Shown here piece after piece: positions 14,336 to 29,700 of a stretch of 64,000 nucleotides of DNA. Where the stretch lies: positions 1,550,001-1,614,000 of the forward strand of contig OZ024743.1 in the NCBI GenBank assembly GCA_964016885.1, written 5' to 3'. Position 1 is the first letter of the stretch; each line of letters begins with the position of its first letter. The notes beneath the pieces were generated by a model. The model made no database searches. It was not told the origin of the DNA and saw only the letters and a program-made list of their open reading frames with translations. Origin of the DNA: Eledone cirrhosa (taxonomy: Eukaryota). Made by a program: the position numbers and the translations under genes.

Positions 14336-14553
14336 AGGGCAATAATAGATCTTCATATCATAATGATTACTGATATTTATGTTGGTACGAGGTGACAACT
14401 TTGTTAACATATAGTAGATTGGAGAGAACTCAAGGAATAATATGTAATTATCTTATTAACCAATGAAATATGATCAATAAGTCAACACTAGCGAGATTTG
14501 AAGTCAATGATAGAGGGACGTGACTGAATATTGTGCGGTGGGAACATTGTGTG

Positions 14554-14693
<140 letters not shown>

Positions 14694-16696
14694 TGAGTGT
14701 TTGCACTGAAGGTATGTGTATAATAATAAATTTATAAGAGTTATCATTGGATTCTCGCGTTATTCATGCATTACCTGGTGTTATTTTATCACCATATCTG
14801 AAAACAACATTCATTAGACCTACATTTCGTTTTCAACATGGTTGTTCGTTGACTCGCGTTAAATTGAAAAGTCCGCTACCTACAAGAGTAACAACTCAGC
14901 CAAGTTACAATGGTGAGTTTTCTACCGTGGATGAAAAGAAGAGAGGCTTAACTGAAAACTAATATTGATATCTAACTTAGACACAGGACCAGCAAATTTT
15001 GGGGAAAGGCAAAGATTAATAAATTAAGCCTTGTACTTAACCGTTACCTTTATTTTATGCTCTCCGCCTGTCTAAACGTAGTGTTATAACTCTAGAGTAA
15101 TATACCCTATTGAGTGCTTAGCTGCACACCAAGATTGCATTCGTTAGCTTGGCTGCAACCAGAGCTTCGATGATGCTGTACTAAATTTTGTATATATATA
15201 TATAAACAAAATTGGAATTTGGTTTTTCGCTCTACACAGCGAATACGTTAATGTATTCGTGAGTTTTATATCGAATAGTAATAATAATATTCTATTCGTT
15301 TGCAAGCAAACAACCTTATTACATTTTGTTTTTAGATGACTATCTTCATCGTTTTGTTCTAGCGGTGGCACAGAGAAACAATTGTAAGCCCAATCCTCTA
15401 ACAACTAAGTCAATAAAAAAAATGTACCAGTTCAGTACTGAGGTCAATTCTCCCTCTATATCTCATTCTCACTTCTCTCTTTCACTCTCTATTCTTCACT
15501 GGAAGAAATCAACTAAGCTATGCAGATGATGCGTTGTGTCCTTGAACAAGACATTTTATTTCACGTGAAATAAAATGTCTTGATGTGTTTTTTCGTGTGT
15601 GACGAAAGAGCATTGACAATCAACAGGAAAATTATCAATAAAACAACCATCCAGTTACCAGAGTATCCGATGAATGGATTAATTACTCAGTTAAGAATAA
15701 AATGACGTAAAACCCAATTGGTGCGTGTTTTTATTGGTAGTTTGGTCCTTCCAAATTGTATCATCAACGGAGTAGTTTCCTGATCAGTATTAATCCCCAT
15801 TCAACTAATCTCTCCAGAAATATGAACGAAACACGTAACAAATATTTGTCTCAAATTACATCCTATCGTCAGCTATACGTGATCTGGACTGATCTGGGAC
15901 TAAACAACAAAAATTCAAACAAAAACTCTAAATATTCAGTCATTTATTATTTTCATAAACAATTCTATTTCCGCGTGTTAATAAATGTAATAATCATTCA
16001 ATGATTCTTTCATCATAATTTTGCCACGTTATGGGTAAAGTCTTTTCTTCGCTGATGAGGTCATAATTTGACCCAAATATTTCTGGATTTTCTCATAAAA
16101 TTGCTGAAATAATAATTTTAATATTAGTCTGTAACTTATATTGTCTTTATAAAATTACTCTTTTTAATAATTCGCTTTTTATGTTTGTTGCTTTCTATTA
16201 CTAACTTTCTATTACTTCTTTCAATTACTAACTTTCAACAACGTCTTTAAGTAGTAGTCACTAAGACTAAGCCTTCGTTTCTTTGTTGCTGTTTAGATTC
16301 TAATAAGCTCCGGTAAAATAAACTTATAATCAAAATGGCTCCATCCATGAGCTTCTCGTTATTTTCAGACATAGTGTCTAGAAAAACATCGTATAATAGT
16401 ATATAGATATACTATTATATTCAATTATTCAATAAACCCTTCCTTTTTAAAAACAGTAATGTGTGATTTGAGTGAGAGGCATCAGCTGCATACAGCATGT
16501 CGATTGATTATGTAGTGGTCGTGTAGAGACTATTCCGTCGAATTGAAATCTTATTCAGTGGTTTCTTCCTCTCGTTATTGTCCTTTAAATTATGAATGAA
16601 ATATTTGGCAGATTATTTAGAATTTGCTTTTAGACTGGATCCGATACGTCCACATAAAAGGTCATAAATACAAAGTATTACCACATATTACCACCC

Positions 16697-16888
16697 TATG
16701 GGTGGGCCAAAAGTCACTTCCTATTTTTAAAAATCATAATTTTTTATTATTATTAAAATTTCAGATAAAGGTTGAATAAAAACAAGATCCAATTATGGAG
16801 AATTACAGCCTCCATGAAAAATTAGCTTTGAGCTAATTTGTAAAGTTTTATTAATAAAGGTAAGAAGTGTCTTTTGGCCCAGCCTCTA
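16697..16888. mobile_element. Tc1/mariner-type MITE
   Basis: Imperfect TIRs tgggccaaaagtcacttc / gaagtgtcttttggccca with TA flanks. Confidence 0.7.
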
Positions 16889-17132
16889 TTTGACAAATAA
16901 AATCACATTCAAACCCAAATTGCGCATGATGAGTAACTTTATTTCTGAATTGATTGTTGCATACAATTTATCTGATGATGTTATGTAACATGTTGATACA
17001 AGCAATATATTTACATGTGTATGTGCGTGAGTGTGGGTGCTGGGATTGCATGGAAACGTGTGGGTTTTCGTTTGCGAGTGTTTTGAAGGAACTTTCATAA
17101 TTTTACCTGGCACAATCGATATTTGACACTCC

Positions 17133-17203
<71 letters not shown>

Positions 17204-17313
17204 GTAATTGTGTGTGTGTGTACGTGTGTGTACATGTGTGTGTGTATGTATGACAGAATGTAAGTGCGTGCATGCTTATATATATATATATACACACCTA
17301 TATACACACACAC

Positions 17314-17842
<529 letters not shown>

Positions 17843-17996
17843 TAACATATATATATATATATATGGGGGAATTGTGTGTGTGTACGTATGTGTACATATG
17901 TGTGTGTATGTATGACAGAATGTAAGTGCGTGTATGCTTATATATATATATACACACCTATATACACACACACGTATATATATATGTATATATATA

Positions 17997-18040
<44 letters not shown>

Positions 18041-18111
18041 TATATACATATATATATACGTGTATGTGTATATAGGTGTGTATATATATAAGCATGCATA
18101 TATATATATAT

Positions 18112-18362
18112 GAAGAAAAAAAGATGAAATCGAAAATGCAACTGGAGTGTTATTTTTTTTTAAATATATATTTTTATTTGGTTCCTTTACCGGTTTCGCA
18201 GTTCTTCTGCTTTTCAAAAGTACAGTTGAGATGGAGGATCTGTGGTTTTTCTCACTTATGTGAGAAAAACCACAGACCCTCCATCTCAACTGGAACCAAA
18301 TAAATATTTTTTTTTTTATTAAAATAAGACTCCAGTTGCATTTTCGATTTCATCTTTTTCTC
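18112..18362. repeat. Foldback/palindromic element in (TA)n with a variant hammerhead-like insert in its left arm
   Basis: Outer arms ~18112-18185 / ~18292-18362; inner hairpin 18223-18292; minus strand TTGAAAA-gcag..ctgc-GAAA-ccgg-TA at ~18186-18222. Confidence 0.8.
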
Positions 18363-18431
18363 TTTCTACTTTCACTCGTGTAGGACACCGGTTATTTTTC
18401 ATTTTGTAAATGATGTTGTATATGATATATA

Positions 18432-18498
<67 letters not shown>

Positions 18499-18658
18499 AA
18501 TTCATATGTGTTTGGGTAAAGTAAATGTCCTCATCTTTATGTGTGGGTATATTTCTTGTTAAAAGTTAACTCCTTTTTGTTTTAATCATTGGTCATTCGT
18601 ATCTGTACGTGTAGATATATTCTACATTAAACATCTCATGCTCATACAATTTTACACA

Positions 18659-18748
18659 TCATTTTGTTGTCTGGTAGAAACATTGTTTTATGAAACAAAG
18701 TTTCAGAGACTTCCTGCAGCGAATGGTTCTTTTATGCTTCAGAGAAAT
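18659..18748 (-). pseudogene. Candidate terminal exon of gene A, or a decayed third PAN exon
   Basis: tttattcatttcag acceptor. Phase 0 reads ISLKHKRTIRCRKSLKLCFIKQCFYQTTK*; the phase 1 frame, continuing to ~18605, reads a stop-riddled PAN-like MCKIV*A*DV*CRIYLH. Confidence 0.35.
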
Positions 18749-18877
18749 CTGAAATGAATAAAGATAATATTTATAAAGTTTACTATACTCCGCTGGTTTC
18801 TCAAAAATAAAGAATTATAATCTTGTGTATTACACTTAATATTAAATTCTATCATAATCTTTCTTTCTCTCTCTCTT

Positions 18878-18965
<88 letters not shown>

Positions 18966-19188
18966 TATGTCAGTGTTGAACAAACGAGCAATGATGGTTG
19001 CTAGACACTACGGCTTAATACAGGATGTTTGTTTACAAACACACCGAGCATTATAATAAATGTTCAGTGAATCCATACGTACATATATATATGTGTGCAT
19101 GTATGTATATATATATATACGTACATACTTATATTTAAGTAACAGCCGTACTAAGAGTGGGAAATGAAATTTCGTTTTATTTTTTTCC

Positions 19189-19235
<47 letters not shown>

Positions 19236-19379
19236 AAAGTTCTATTTTAATTGTTAGGATTTAACAAGCAAAAATGTTTATAATTGATATAAAGCACTCA
19301 ACAAGTATTTGGAGTAAACATACGATATTAACAAATGGAAACTATATTTATATAAATATAGTTTCAATTTGTTAATATC

Positions 19380-19425
<46 letters not shown>

Positions 19426-19436
19426 TTAATATAGAT

Positions 19437-19489
19437 GAGATTCTACAGGACTAGAACTGTTTCATTCTTTAGAAATCATCAGGAATCTC
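19437..19489 (-). ncRNA. Type I hammerhead ribozyme motif (inverted copy)
   Basis: Exact reverse complement of 19512-19564. Confidence 0.7.
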
Positions 19490-19511
19490 CGTCAATCATT
19501 AGAAATCATCA

Positions 19512-19564
19512 GAGATTCCTGATGATTTCTAAAGAATGAAACAGTTCTAGTCCTGTAGAATCTC
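19512..19564 (+). ncRNA. Type I hammerhead ribozyme motif
   Basis: gagattc-CTGATGA-tttctaaagaat-GAAA-cag(ttctagtc)ctg-TA-gaatctc; 7-bp stem I, GUA cleavage triplet. Confidence 0.72.
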
Positions 19565-19645
19565 ATCTATATTAAAACTTTTATACTCTGCAATGTACTG
19601 AGTACCTTACTTACTGTGGTTACCTCCGATTCAACCCGGAATAAC

Positions 19646-19762
<117 letters not shown>

Positions 19763-19836
19763 TTCTTCCTATCTACGTATATATAAATCTATACACACAC
19801 ACACTCTCACATAAACAAATACACACACAAACACAC

Positions 19837-19994
19837 CTGGGGATGTGGATACATTTCTGGATTGGTGGATGAAGTGGGGGTAAATTTGGAGAATCTAGTT
19901 ATAGTGATCAGTTTAGCCCTTTGCACTCTAAAATGGTCAGAAAACTTCGATATTCGATAAACATAACATGTACATAAATAGTAGTCCATATCCA
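19837..19994 (-). CDS. Candidate gene A exon after the PAN domains (no recognised domain)
   Basis: ttacag acceptor, CAG|gtgtgt donor, 158 nt, open in phase 1-0; VDMDYYLCTCYVYRISKFSDHFRVQRAK...YPHPQ. Confidence 0.45.
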
Positions 19995-20111
19995 CTGTAA
20001 TATATATAATTTTAAAAAAATTATGCTCTGTGACATTTCCTAAGGGGTTCCTATATCGAGCTTCTTAGCATTTGGTAAGAAACTGGTATTATACCCAATT
20101 TATTCAAATCC

Positions 20112-20212
<101 letters not shown>

Positions 20213-20338
20213 AATATTTCCGTAGAAATCCAAAACATTTTGTTTGACGAATGAACTGGATATTCCTTGCAATAACCATCTAATTTCTTAAAACTTTTTA
20301 AATAATTATATTGTTCTTTATTATGTAATTAAATAAAT

Positions 20339-20370
<32 letters not shown>

Positions 20371-21510
20371 ATATATATATATTATGGCTATTGGTGAGCT
20401 TTGTTAATCTAAAGTTTCAACTGCGAACTCAGAGGATAACCAGTCTTGTCTGATGATCCTGTGAGTATGCAGATAGGACCTCTGAGTAACAAAGCTTAGC
20501 CATAATAAATGAATATGTATACTCTACTTCAGTATTGAGTTTTCATTCTTATGTCAGTCAATAATTCACGTATTCTCAAGTCTTGAATAATCGACCCCAC
20601 CCCCGTTTATTAATTTGTCAGATCCACCAACCTCAGTTTTATTTCACCACACCCCCACCCGCTTCAATTTTGCTAATCTATATTCGGCAAAATTTTATTG
20701 TGAGTGATTCATATTGATACAGTAGCTAGAGAATCTAATAATAATTTTATTTTACATTTAAAAACCTAATATATGACAAAAGAAGAACATTACAAGAAAT
20801 CCCATATTTACGAACGTACACTATACAATTACTGATTTCCCAAGCCAAGCCCACCCTCCACCCTGGCCGCCCCTCCTATTACTTGGGAGTGACACCAAAC
20901 TCTCCTCCTCTCTATGTCTATCACACAAAACTTCCGCGTTTTCTTCATGGCTTTTTACGTGGCAATATATATTTTTTCACGCTTTTTATCGCTAAATTAT
21001 TAATAACGATGTGGTGGTTGCTTCAAGTACCCATGTGTGACATGTTACCCCAACCCCAGATTTAATCATGTCCAACTTTCTTCTGTGGGAAATATAATCA
21101 GTCATTTATTTCTATTGTTGTTGAAATCGCATTGACCGAAATTACTCCAATTTCTTCCATAATATCGTTAGGTTCTTATCCTTATCTATCGGAGTCGAGA
21201 TTGCCCTAGCCAAGAGATACAATAAGCAAATTCTTGTTGTATACTAAGATTTTACATAATCTTCTTTTATTACTGTACTTTTTTTAATCTCTCAAGGGAT
21301 TCAAGGCTTGCCCTCTCCCTGTTAATGGTTCCATGATATCTCATCCTCAGATCAATTCTAGATCTAGATTTCACATGGCAGTGTAGACTGTTTTCTTTGC
21401 GGAGGGAATTTGTCCTCATCCCTACCATAAATGAACATTGGATTCTATTGTTTGCGGAATATTGCACAATATTGTAATAGATTTTGGAAACAATATTTTT
21501 AAAGACTTAC

Positions 21511-21723
21511 CATAAAACACCCATCCTTTCTTTGCTATAAGGTGAAAATCTTTCACCTCTGCTAAAACATTACACATTTTAGAACTCTCTGAGTATTCAT
21601 AAGCTATACATGTGTTTTTAAAGCATATAGATTCACAATCATTGGCTGAGGCAGTGTTTTCAAAGTGTTGCATTATATTATCTTCCTCGATAGCAGCTCC
21701 AGAAATAACGACGTCATTATCAC
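21511..21723 (-). CDS. Gene A: PAN/Apple domain 2
   Basis: aag acceptor after a pyrimidine tract, gtaagt donor, 213 nt, phase 1-1; ...SANDCESICFKNTCIAYEYSESSKMCNVL...GWVFY. Confidence 0.82.
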
Positions 21724-21899
21724 CTTTTATAGGTCAAAAAGTGAAAAAGAATTCAAGAATTATTATTTGCTTTCAAAGATGTACACAGACATACAAGCGC
21801 ACGGTCAGAAACACACACACGCGCGCGCGCGCGTGCGCACGCACACATATACATACACATACAGACACACACACACACATATATATATACAATACTTAC

Positions 21900-22130
21900 C
21901 AATTAACTGATAATAGGTTTTCCATTTTTGTTCATTTGGTATTAAATCCCTTGCCTTCATTTCATAAAATTCACAGATATTTTCTGAATGCGTAAATGAT
22001 TGGCAATTTTTCAAAGTGAGACAAGTTTTAGCACATACATTGGGATCCTTATCACGAATTTTGTGTACTGGCTTTATTGTAACAATTGCTCCATTCACTT
22101 TCACAAAATGATGGAAATCTAAAAATGGAA
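21900..22130 (-). CDS. Gene A: PAN/Apple domain 1
   Basis: ttttttgcag/gtaagt, 231 nt, phase 1-1; DPNVCAKTCLTLKNCQSFTHSENICEFY...WKTYY. Confidence 0.87.
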
Positions 22131-22968
22131 CTGCAAAAAATAAAACGATATTTATAAAAATACCTAATAAAAGAAATTTTGCATCGCTATTAAAATAAAA
22201 AAGAAGTGAGCTATTATAATTAATGTCACATAACACAGCTATACACATAGACACATGCACATATACAGAGATATGCACATATATAGACATATAGAGATAT
22301 GCACATATATAGGGATATGCTCACACAAATGCTTATATTTTCACGCGAGCGTGTATGCATTGTATAATATAAAAATAACATATGAAGGATACAATGCGGC
22401 ATCGTGGTTTGATTACAGTAAGGCCTTTGACCCTAATCTCCATGCAAGATTGTAAAATATATACAAAATTAGATAAAGATAGCAACTATCGTAGTGACTG
22501 TCATTGGAAGACTACCAGTTATTTAGATAGCTATCATTACATTTATACGTGAAAGACCAACGATAGTTTCTGATGCTAAAAATATTCAGAATGTATCTTC
22601 TATAATGATAATTACTTAGTGTTTCAGCTGGCAACTAAAGCCACGATGATTTCGTTTATTAAATCCAATGGCTAATTCCTAAGGTTTACAACAGAACTTT
22701 ACATATAAACCATTTTTTGTCAACTATCTAAAGTTATTTGGGCGAAATATCTCCATGTAATTCTACAAACGATGATGTTCGTACTACAAACAGTGCCGTA
22801 GAATGAATATGGAACATGTAAAATTCTTGAAATATCTATAGAATAAGCCTTTCCGATATATCCAAGCAAATATCTACGTGAAAAATCCTTCAGTCTTGTC
22901 AGAATAATCACTCAATGCATTTCTATAATAAAAAAATATATATTATATTATTTATCAATCATACATAC

Positions 22969-23079
22969 CTACAGAGCAATCTCTCCCATCAAATCCATTC
23001 AAACATTTGCAAGTAAATTTGTTTCCAACACTAGAACACATTCCACCATTATGACATGGGTTTTTGCTGCAGGGATCAA
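22969..23079 (-). CDS. Gene A: EGF-like exon 5
   Basis: 111 nt, phase 1-1, tttgcag/gtatgt; VDPCSKNPCHNGGMCSSVGNKFTCKCLNGFDGRDCSV. Confidence 0.93.
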
Positions 23080-23609
23080 CTGCAAATGAGGTGAAATAAA
23101 ATTTAGGAAAATGTACATTTAATTATATCGACCTACCATACTTGATGGTACTTTATTTTATCGACCATAGAATAATAAAAAGTAAAGTTGATTTCTACAG
23201 GATTTGAACTGAAAATATAAAGGGTCGGGACTAAAACATCCCTCAGTATTTTTTCTGAGGATCGCTGCTTAAGAGGTTCTAAATTTGAATTTTTATTTCA
23301 ACCACTGAATTTTCTAGATTTTAATGACTACATTAAATAGTTTAACCAGTGTTTCCCAAATTGAGTTCTGCGAAAAATTTCGAGACTACACGGACATTAA
23401 AACTCTCCTACCAAAAGTATGTTAGAGTTTTTACGTCAGTTTTTTTGTAACATTGTAGGAAAATGGAGTTTGTTACAAATATCTACAGAACACTTCTCCG
23501 GTTTATATACTGATAGACATATAAACAATCTTCAAAGCTGTCATGTATTTATAAGGCGGTACGTTAACCGTAAACATTAAATGTGTAAAATTATCTACTA
23601 ACTCTACAT

Positions 23610-23715
23610 CTTTCCGCAACAACAATTTCCTATAAACCCAGTCAAAAATAATATTTCCATTATTTCCACACACTCCTCCATTTTTATGTTGTTTGCTAAA
23701 ACACGGATTGCTGTG
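23610..23715 (-). pseudogene. Decayed 3' remainder of an EGF exon, in register with the satellite
   Basis: Reads HSNPC-FSKQH-KNGGVC-GNNGNII, then (after an ~11-nt deletion removing Cys4/5) LTGFIGNCCCG; no donor. Confidence 0.7.
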
Positions 23716-26700
23716 ATATAGATTGATAGTGTATTAATTACTTTTGTATGGATTGTTAGTGTATGGATTGTTATTGTATGGGTTGTTATTGTATGGATTG
23801 TTACTGTGTGGATTGTTATTGTATGGATTGTTATTGTATGGATCGTTATTGTATGGATTGTTATTGTATGGATTGTTATTGTATGGGTTGTTATTGTATG
23901 GATTGTTATTGTATGGATTGTTATTGTATGGATTGTTATTGTATGGATTGTTATTGTATGGATTGTTATTGTATGGATTGTTATTGTATGGATTGTTATT
24001 GTATGGATTGTTATTGTATGGATCGTTATTGTATGGATTGTTATTGTATGGATTGTTATTGTATGGGTTGTTATTGTATGGATTGTTATTGTATGGATTG
24101 TTATTGTATGGGTTGTTATTGTATGGATTGTTATTGTATGGATTGTTATTGTATGGGTTGTTATTGTATGGATTGTTATTGTATTGATTGTTATTGTATG
24201 GATTGTTATTGTATGGATTGTTATTGTATGGGTTGTTATTGTATGGATTGTTATTGTATGGGTTGTTATTGTATGGATTGTTATTGTATGGATTGTTATT
24301 GTATGGGTTGTTATTGTATGGATTGTTATTGTATGGATTGTTATTGTATGGATTGTTATTGTATGGATTGTTATTGTATGGATTGTTATTGTATGGATTG
24401 TTATTGTATGGGTTGTTATTGTATGGGTTGTTATTTTATGGATTGTTATTGTATGGGTTGTTATTGTATGGATTGTTATTGTATGGATTGTTATTGTATG
24501 GGTTGTTATTGTATGGATTGTTATTGTATGGATTGTTATTGTATGGGTTGTTATTGTATGGATTGTTATTGTATGGATTGTTATTGTATGGGTTCTTATT
24601 GTATGGGTTGTTATTGTATGGATTGTTATTGTATGGATTGTTATTGTATGGATTGTTATTGTATGGGTTGTTATTGTATGGGTTGTTATTGTATGGATTG
24701 TTATTGTATGGGTTGTTATTGTATGGATTGTTATTGTATGGGTTGTTATTGTATGGATTGTTACTGTATGGGTTGTTATTGTATGTATTGTTATTGTATG
24801 GATTGTTACTGTATGGATTGTTACTGTATGGATTGTTATTGTATGGATTGTTACTGTGTGGATTGTTACTGTATGGATTGTTACTGTATGGATTGTTACT
24901 GTGTGGATTGTTACTGCATGGATTGTTATTGTATGGATTGTTAGTGTATGGATTGTTATTGTATGGGTTGTTATTGTATGGATTGTTACTGTGTGGATTG
25001 TTACTGTATGGATTGTTACTGTATGGATTGTTACTGTATGGATTGTTATTGTATGGATTGTTACTGTGTGGATTGTTACTGTATGGATTGTTACTGTATG
25101 GATTGTTACTGTGTGGATTGTTACTGTATGGATTGTTATTGTATGAATTGTTATTGTATAGATTGTTAGAGTATGCATTTTTAGTGTATTAATTACTTTT
25201 GTATGGATTGTTAGTGTATAGATTGTTAGTGTATTAATTACTTTTGTATGGATTGTTAGTGTATGGGTTGTTATTGTATGGGTTGTTATTGTATGGATTG
25301 TTACTGCGTCGATTGTTACTGTATGGATTGTTATTGTATGGATTGTTATTGTATGGATTGTTATTGTATGGGTTGTTATTATATGGATTGTTACTGTATG
25401 GATTGTTATTGTATGGATTGTTACTGCGTGGATTGTTATTGTATGGGTGTTATTGTATGGATTGTTAGTGTATGGATTGTTACTGTATGGATTGTTATTT
25501 ATGGATTGTTAGTGTATGGATTGTTATTGTATGGGTTGTTATTGTATGGGTTGTTACTGTATGGATTGTTACTGTATGGATTGTTATTGTATGGAATGTT
25601 ATTGTATAGATTGTTAGTGTATGGATTGTTAGTGTATTAATTACTTTTGTATGGATTGTTAGTGTATAGATTGTTAGTGAATTAATTACTTTTGTATGTA
25701 TTGTGGGTGTATGGATTGTTATTGTATGGGTTGTTATTGTATGGATTGTTACTGTGTCGATTGTTACTGTATGGATTGTTATTGTATGGATTGTTATTTT
25801 ATGGATTGTTATTGTATGGGTTGTTATTGTATGGATTGTTATTGTATAGATTGTTAGTGTATGGATGGTTAGTGAATGGATTGTTAGTGTATGGATTGTT
25901 ATTGCATGGATTGTTATTGTATGGATTGTTAGTGTATGGATTGTTACTGTATTGATATTGTATGGGTTGTTATTGTTTAGATTGTTACTGTATGGATTGT
26001 TACTGTATTGATTGTTATTGAATGGATTGTTACTGTATGGATTGTTACTGTATGGATTATTATTGTATGGATTGTTATTGTATGGATTGTTATTGTATGG
26101 ATTGTTATAGTATGGATTGTTATTGTATGGATTGTTATTGTATTCTTGTATGTCTTGTATGGATTGTTATTGTATGGATTGTTGGTGTATGGATTGTTAT
26201 TGTATGGATTGTTATTGTATGGATGTTATTGTATGGCTTGTTACTGTATGGATTGTTATTGTATGGATTGTTACTGTATGGGTTGTTATTGTATGGATTG
26301 TTACTGTATGGATTGTTACTGTATGGATTGTTACTGTATGGATTGTTATTGTATGGATTGTTGGTGTATGGATTGTTATTGTATGGATTGTTACTGCATG
26401 GGTTGTTATTGTATGTATTGTTATTGTATGGATTGTTAGTGTATGGATTGATAGTGTATGGATTGTTATTGTATGGGTTGTTATTGTATGGATTGTTACT
26501 GTGTGGATTGTTACTGTATGGATTGTTATTGTATGGATTGTTATTGTATAGATTGTTAGTGTATGGATTGTTAGTGAATGGATTGTTATTGTATGGATTG
26601 TTATTGTATGGATTGTTATTGTATGGATTGTTACTGTGTGTATTGTTACTGTATGGATTGTTACTGTATGGATTGTTATTGTTTGGATTGTTACTGTATG

Positions 26701-29700
26701 GATTGTTATTTGATGGATTGTTACTGTATGGATTGTTACTGTATGGATTGTTATTGTATGGATTGTTATTGTATAGATTGTTACTGTATGGATTGTTATT
26801 GATTGGATTGTTATTGTATGGATTGTTACTGTATGGATTGTTATTGTTTGGATTGTTATTGCATGGATTGTTACTGTATGGATTGTTATTGCATGGATTG
26901 TTACTGTATGGAGAGTTATTGTATGGATTGTTATTGTATGGATTGTTTCTGTATGGCTTGTACTCTATGGATTGTTACTGTATGGATTGTTACTGTATGG
27001 ATTGTGATTGTATGGATAGTTACTGTATGGATTGTTATTGATTGGGTGGTTATTGTGTAGATTGTTATTGTATGGATTGTTACTGTATGGATTGTTATTG
27101 TATGGATTGTTAGTGTATATTTGTTATTGTATGGATTGTTACTGTATGGATTATTATTGTATGGATTGTTATTGTATGGATTGTTGTTTGTGGATTGTTA
27201 CTGTATGGATTGTTAGTGTATGGATTGTTATTGTATGGATTGTTACTCCATGGATTGTTTCTGTATGGATTGTTATTGTATGGATTGTTATAGTATGGAT
27301 TGTTATTGTATGGATTGTTATTGTATGGATTGTTATAGTATGGATTGTTATTGTATGGATTGTTATTGTATGGATTGTTATTGTATGGATTGTTAGTGTA
27401 TGGATTGTTAGTGTATATTTGTTATTGTATGGATTGTTATTGTATGGATTGTTATTGTATGGATTGTTATTGTATGGATTGTTATTGCATGGATTGTTAT
27501 TGTCTGGATGGTTATTGCATGGATTGTTATTGTATGGATTGCTACTGTATTGATTGTTAGTGTATGGATTGTTATTGTATGGATTGTTACTGTATGGATT
27601 GTTACTGTATGGATTGTTATTGTATGGATTGTTACTGTATGGATTGTTATTGTATGGATTGTTATTGTATGGATTGTTATTGCATGGATTGTTATAGTAT
27701 GGATTGTTATTGTATGGATTGTTATTGTATGGATTGTTATTGTATGGATTGTTAGTGTATGGATTGTTAGTGTATGGATTGTTAGTGTATGGATTGTTAC
27801 TGTATGGTTTGTTACTGTATGGATTGTTATTGTATGGATTGTTATTGTATGGCTTGTTATTGTTTGGATTGTTATTGTATGGATTTTTACTGTATGGCTT
27901 GTTATTGTTTGGATTGTTATTGTTTGGATTGTTATTGTATGGATTGTTACTGTATTGATTGTTGTTGTATGGATTGTTACTGTATGGCTTGTTATTGTTG
28001 GGATTGTTACTGTATGGATTGTTACTGTATTGATTGTTATTGTATGGATTGTTAGTGTATGGATTGTTATTGCATGGATTGTTGCTGTATGGCTTGCTAT
28101 TGTTTGGATTGTTATTGTATGGATTGTTACTGCATGGCTTGTTATTGTTTGGATTGTTATTGTATGGATTGTTACTGTATGGCTTGTTATTGTTTAGATT
28201 GTTACTGTATGGATTGTTACTGTATTGATTGTTATTGTATGGATTGTTACTGTATGGCTTGTTATTGTTTGGATTGTTACTGTATGGATTGTTACTGTAT
28301 TGATTGTTACTGTATGGATTGTTATTGTTTGGATTGTTACTGTATGGATTGTTACTGTATTGATTGTTATTGTATGGATTGTTATTGTATTGATTGTTAT
28401 TGTATAGACTGTTATTGTATGGATTGTTACTGTATGGATTGTTAGTGTATGGAATGTTACTGTATGGATTGTTATTGTATGGATTGTTACTGTATGGATT
28501 GTTACTGTATGGATTGTTACTGTATGGATTGTTATTGTATGGATTGTTACTGTATGGATTGTTATTGTATGGATTGTTACTGTATGGATTGTTATTGTAT
28601 GGATTGTTAGTGAATGGATTGTTACTGTATGGATTGTTATTGTATAGATTGTTACTGTATGGATTGTTACTGTATGGATTGTTACTGTATTGATTGTTAT
28701 TGTATGGATTGTTACTGTATGGATTGTTATTGTATGGATTGTTACTGTATTAATTACTTTTGTATGGATTGTTAGTGTATAGTTGGTAGTGAATTAATTA
28801 CTTTTGTAAGGATTGTGAGTGTATGGATTGTTATTGTATGTGTTGTTATTGTATGGATTGTTAGTGTCGATTGTTACTGTATGGATTGTTATTGTATGGA
28901 TTTTTATTGTATGGATTGTTATTGTATGGATTGTTATTGTATGGGTTGTTATTATATGGATTGTTATTGTATGGATTGTTATTGTATGGATTGTTACTGC
29001 GTGGATTGTTATTGTATGGATTGTTATTGTATGGATTGTTAGTGTATGGATTGTTACTGTATGGATTGTTATTGTATGGGTTGTTATTGTATGGGTTGTC
29101 ACTGTATGGATTGTTATTGTATGGATTGTTACTGTGTGGATTGTTACTGTATGGATTGTTATTGTATGGAATGTTATTGTTTAGATTGTTAGTGTATGGA
29201 TTGTTAGTGTATTAATTACTTTTGTATGGATTGTTAGTGTATAGATTGTTAGTGAATTAATTACTTTTGTATGGATTGTGAGTGTATGGATTGTTATTGT
29301 ATGGGTTGTTATTGTATGGATTGTTACTGTGTCGATTGTTACTGTATGGATTGTTATTGTATGGATTGTTATTTTATGGATTGTTATTGTATGGATTGTT
29401 ATTGTATGGATTGTTATTGTATAGATTGTTAGTGTATGGATGGTTAGTGAATGGATTGTTAGTGTATGGATTGTTATTGTATGGATTGTTATTGTATGGA
29501 TTGTTATTGTATAGATTGTTAGTGTATGGATTGTTAGTGTATGGTTTGTTACTGTATTGATATTGTATGGGTTGTTATTGTTTAGATTGTTACTGTATGG
29601 ATTGTTACTGTATTGATTGTTATCGAATGGATTGTTACTGTATGGATTGTTACTGTATGGATTGTTATTGTATGGATTGTTATTGTATGGATTGTTAGTG

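Noticed and set aside
16247-16377. Possible terminal exon of gene A after a tttttctag acceptor
   Set aside because: A short open frame with no domain similarity; cannot be told from chance
17107-17134. Alternative first exon for gene B (MECQISIVP, minus strand, gtaaaa donor)
   Set aside because: Weak donor, abuts (TA)n, and gives a poorer signal peptide than 12966-12936
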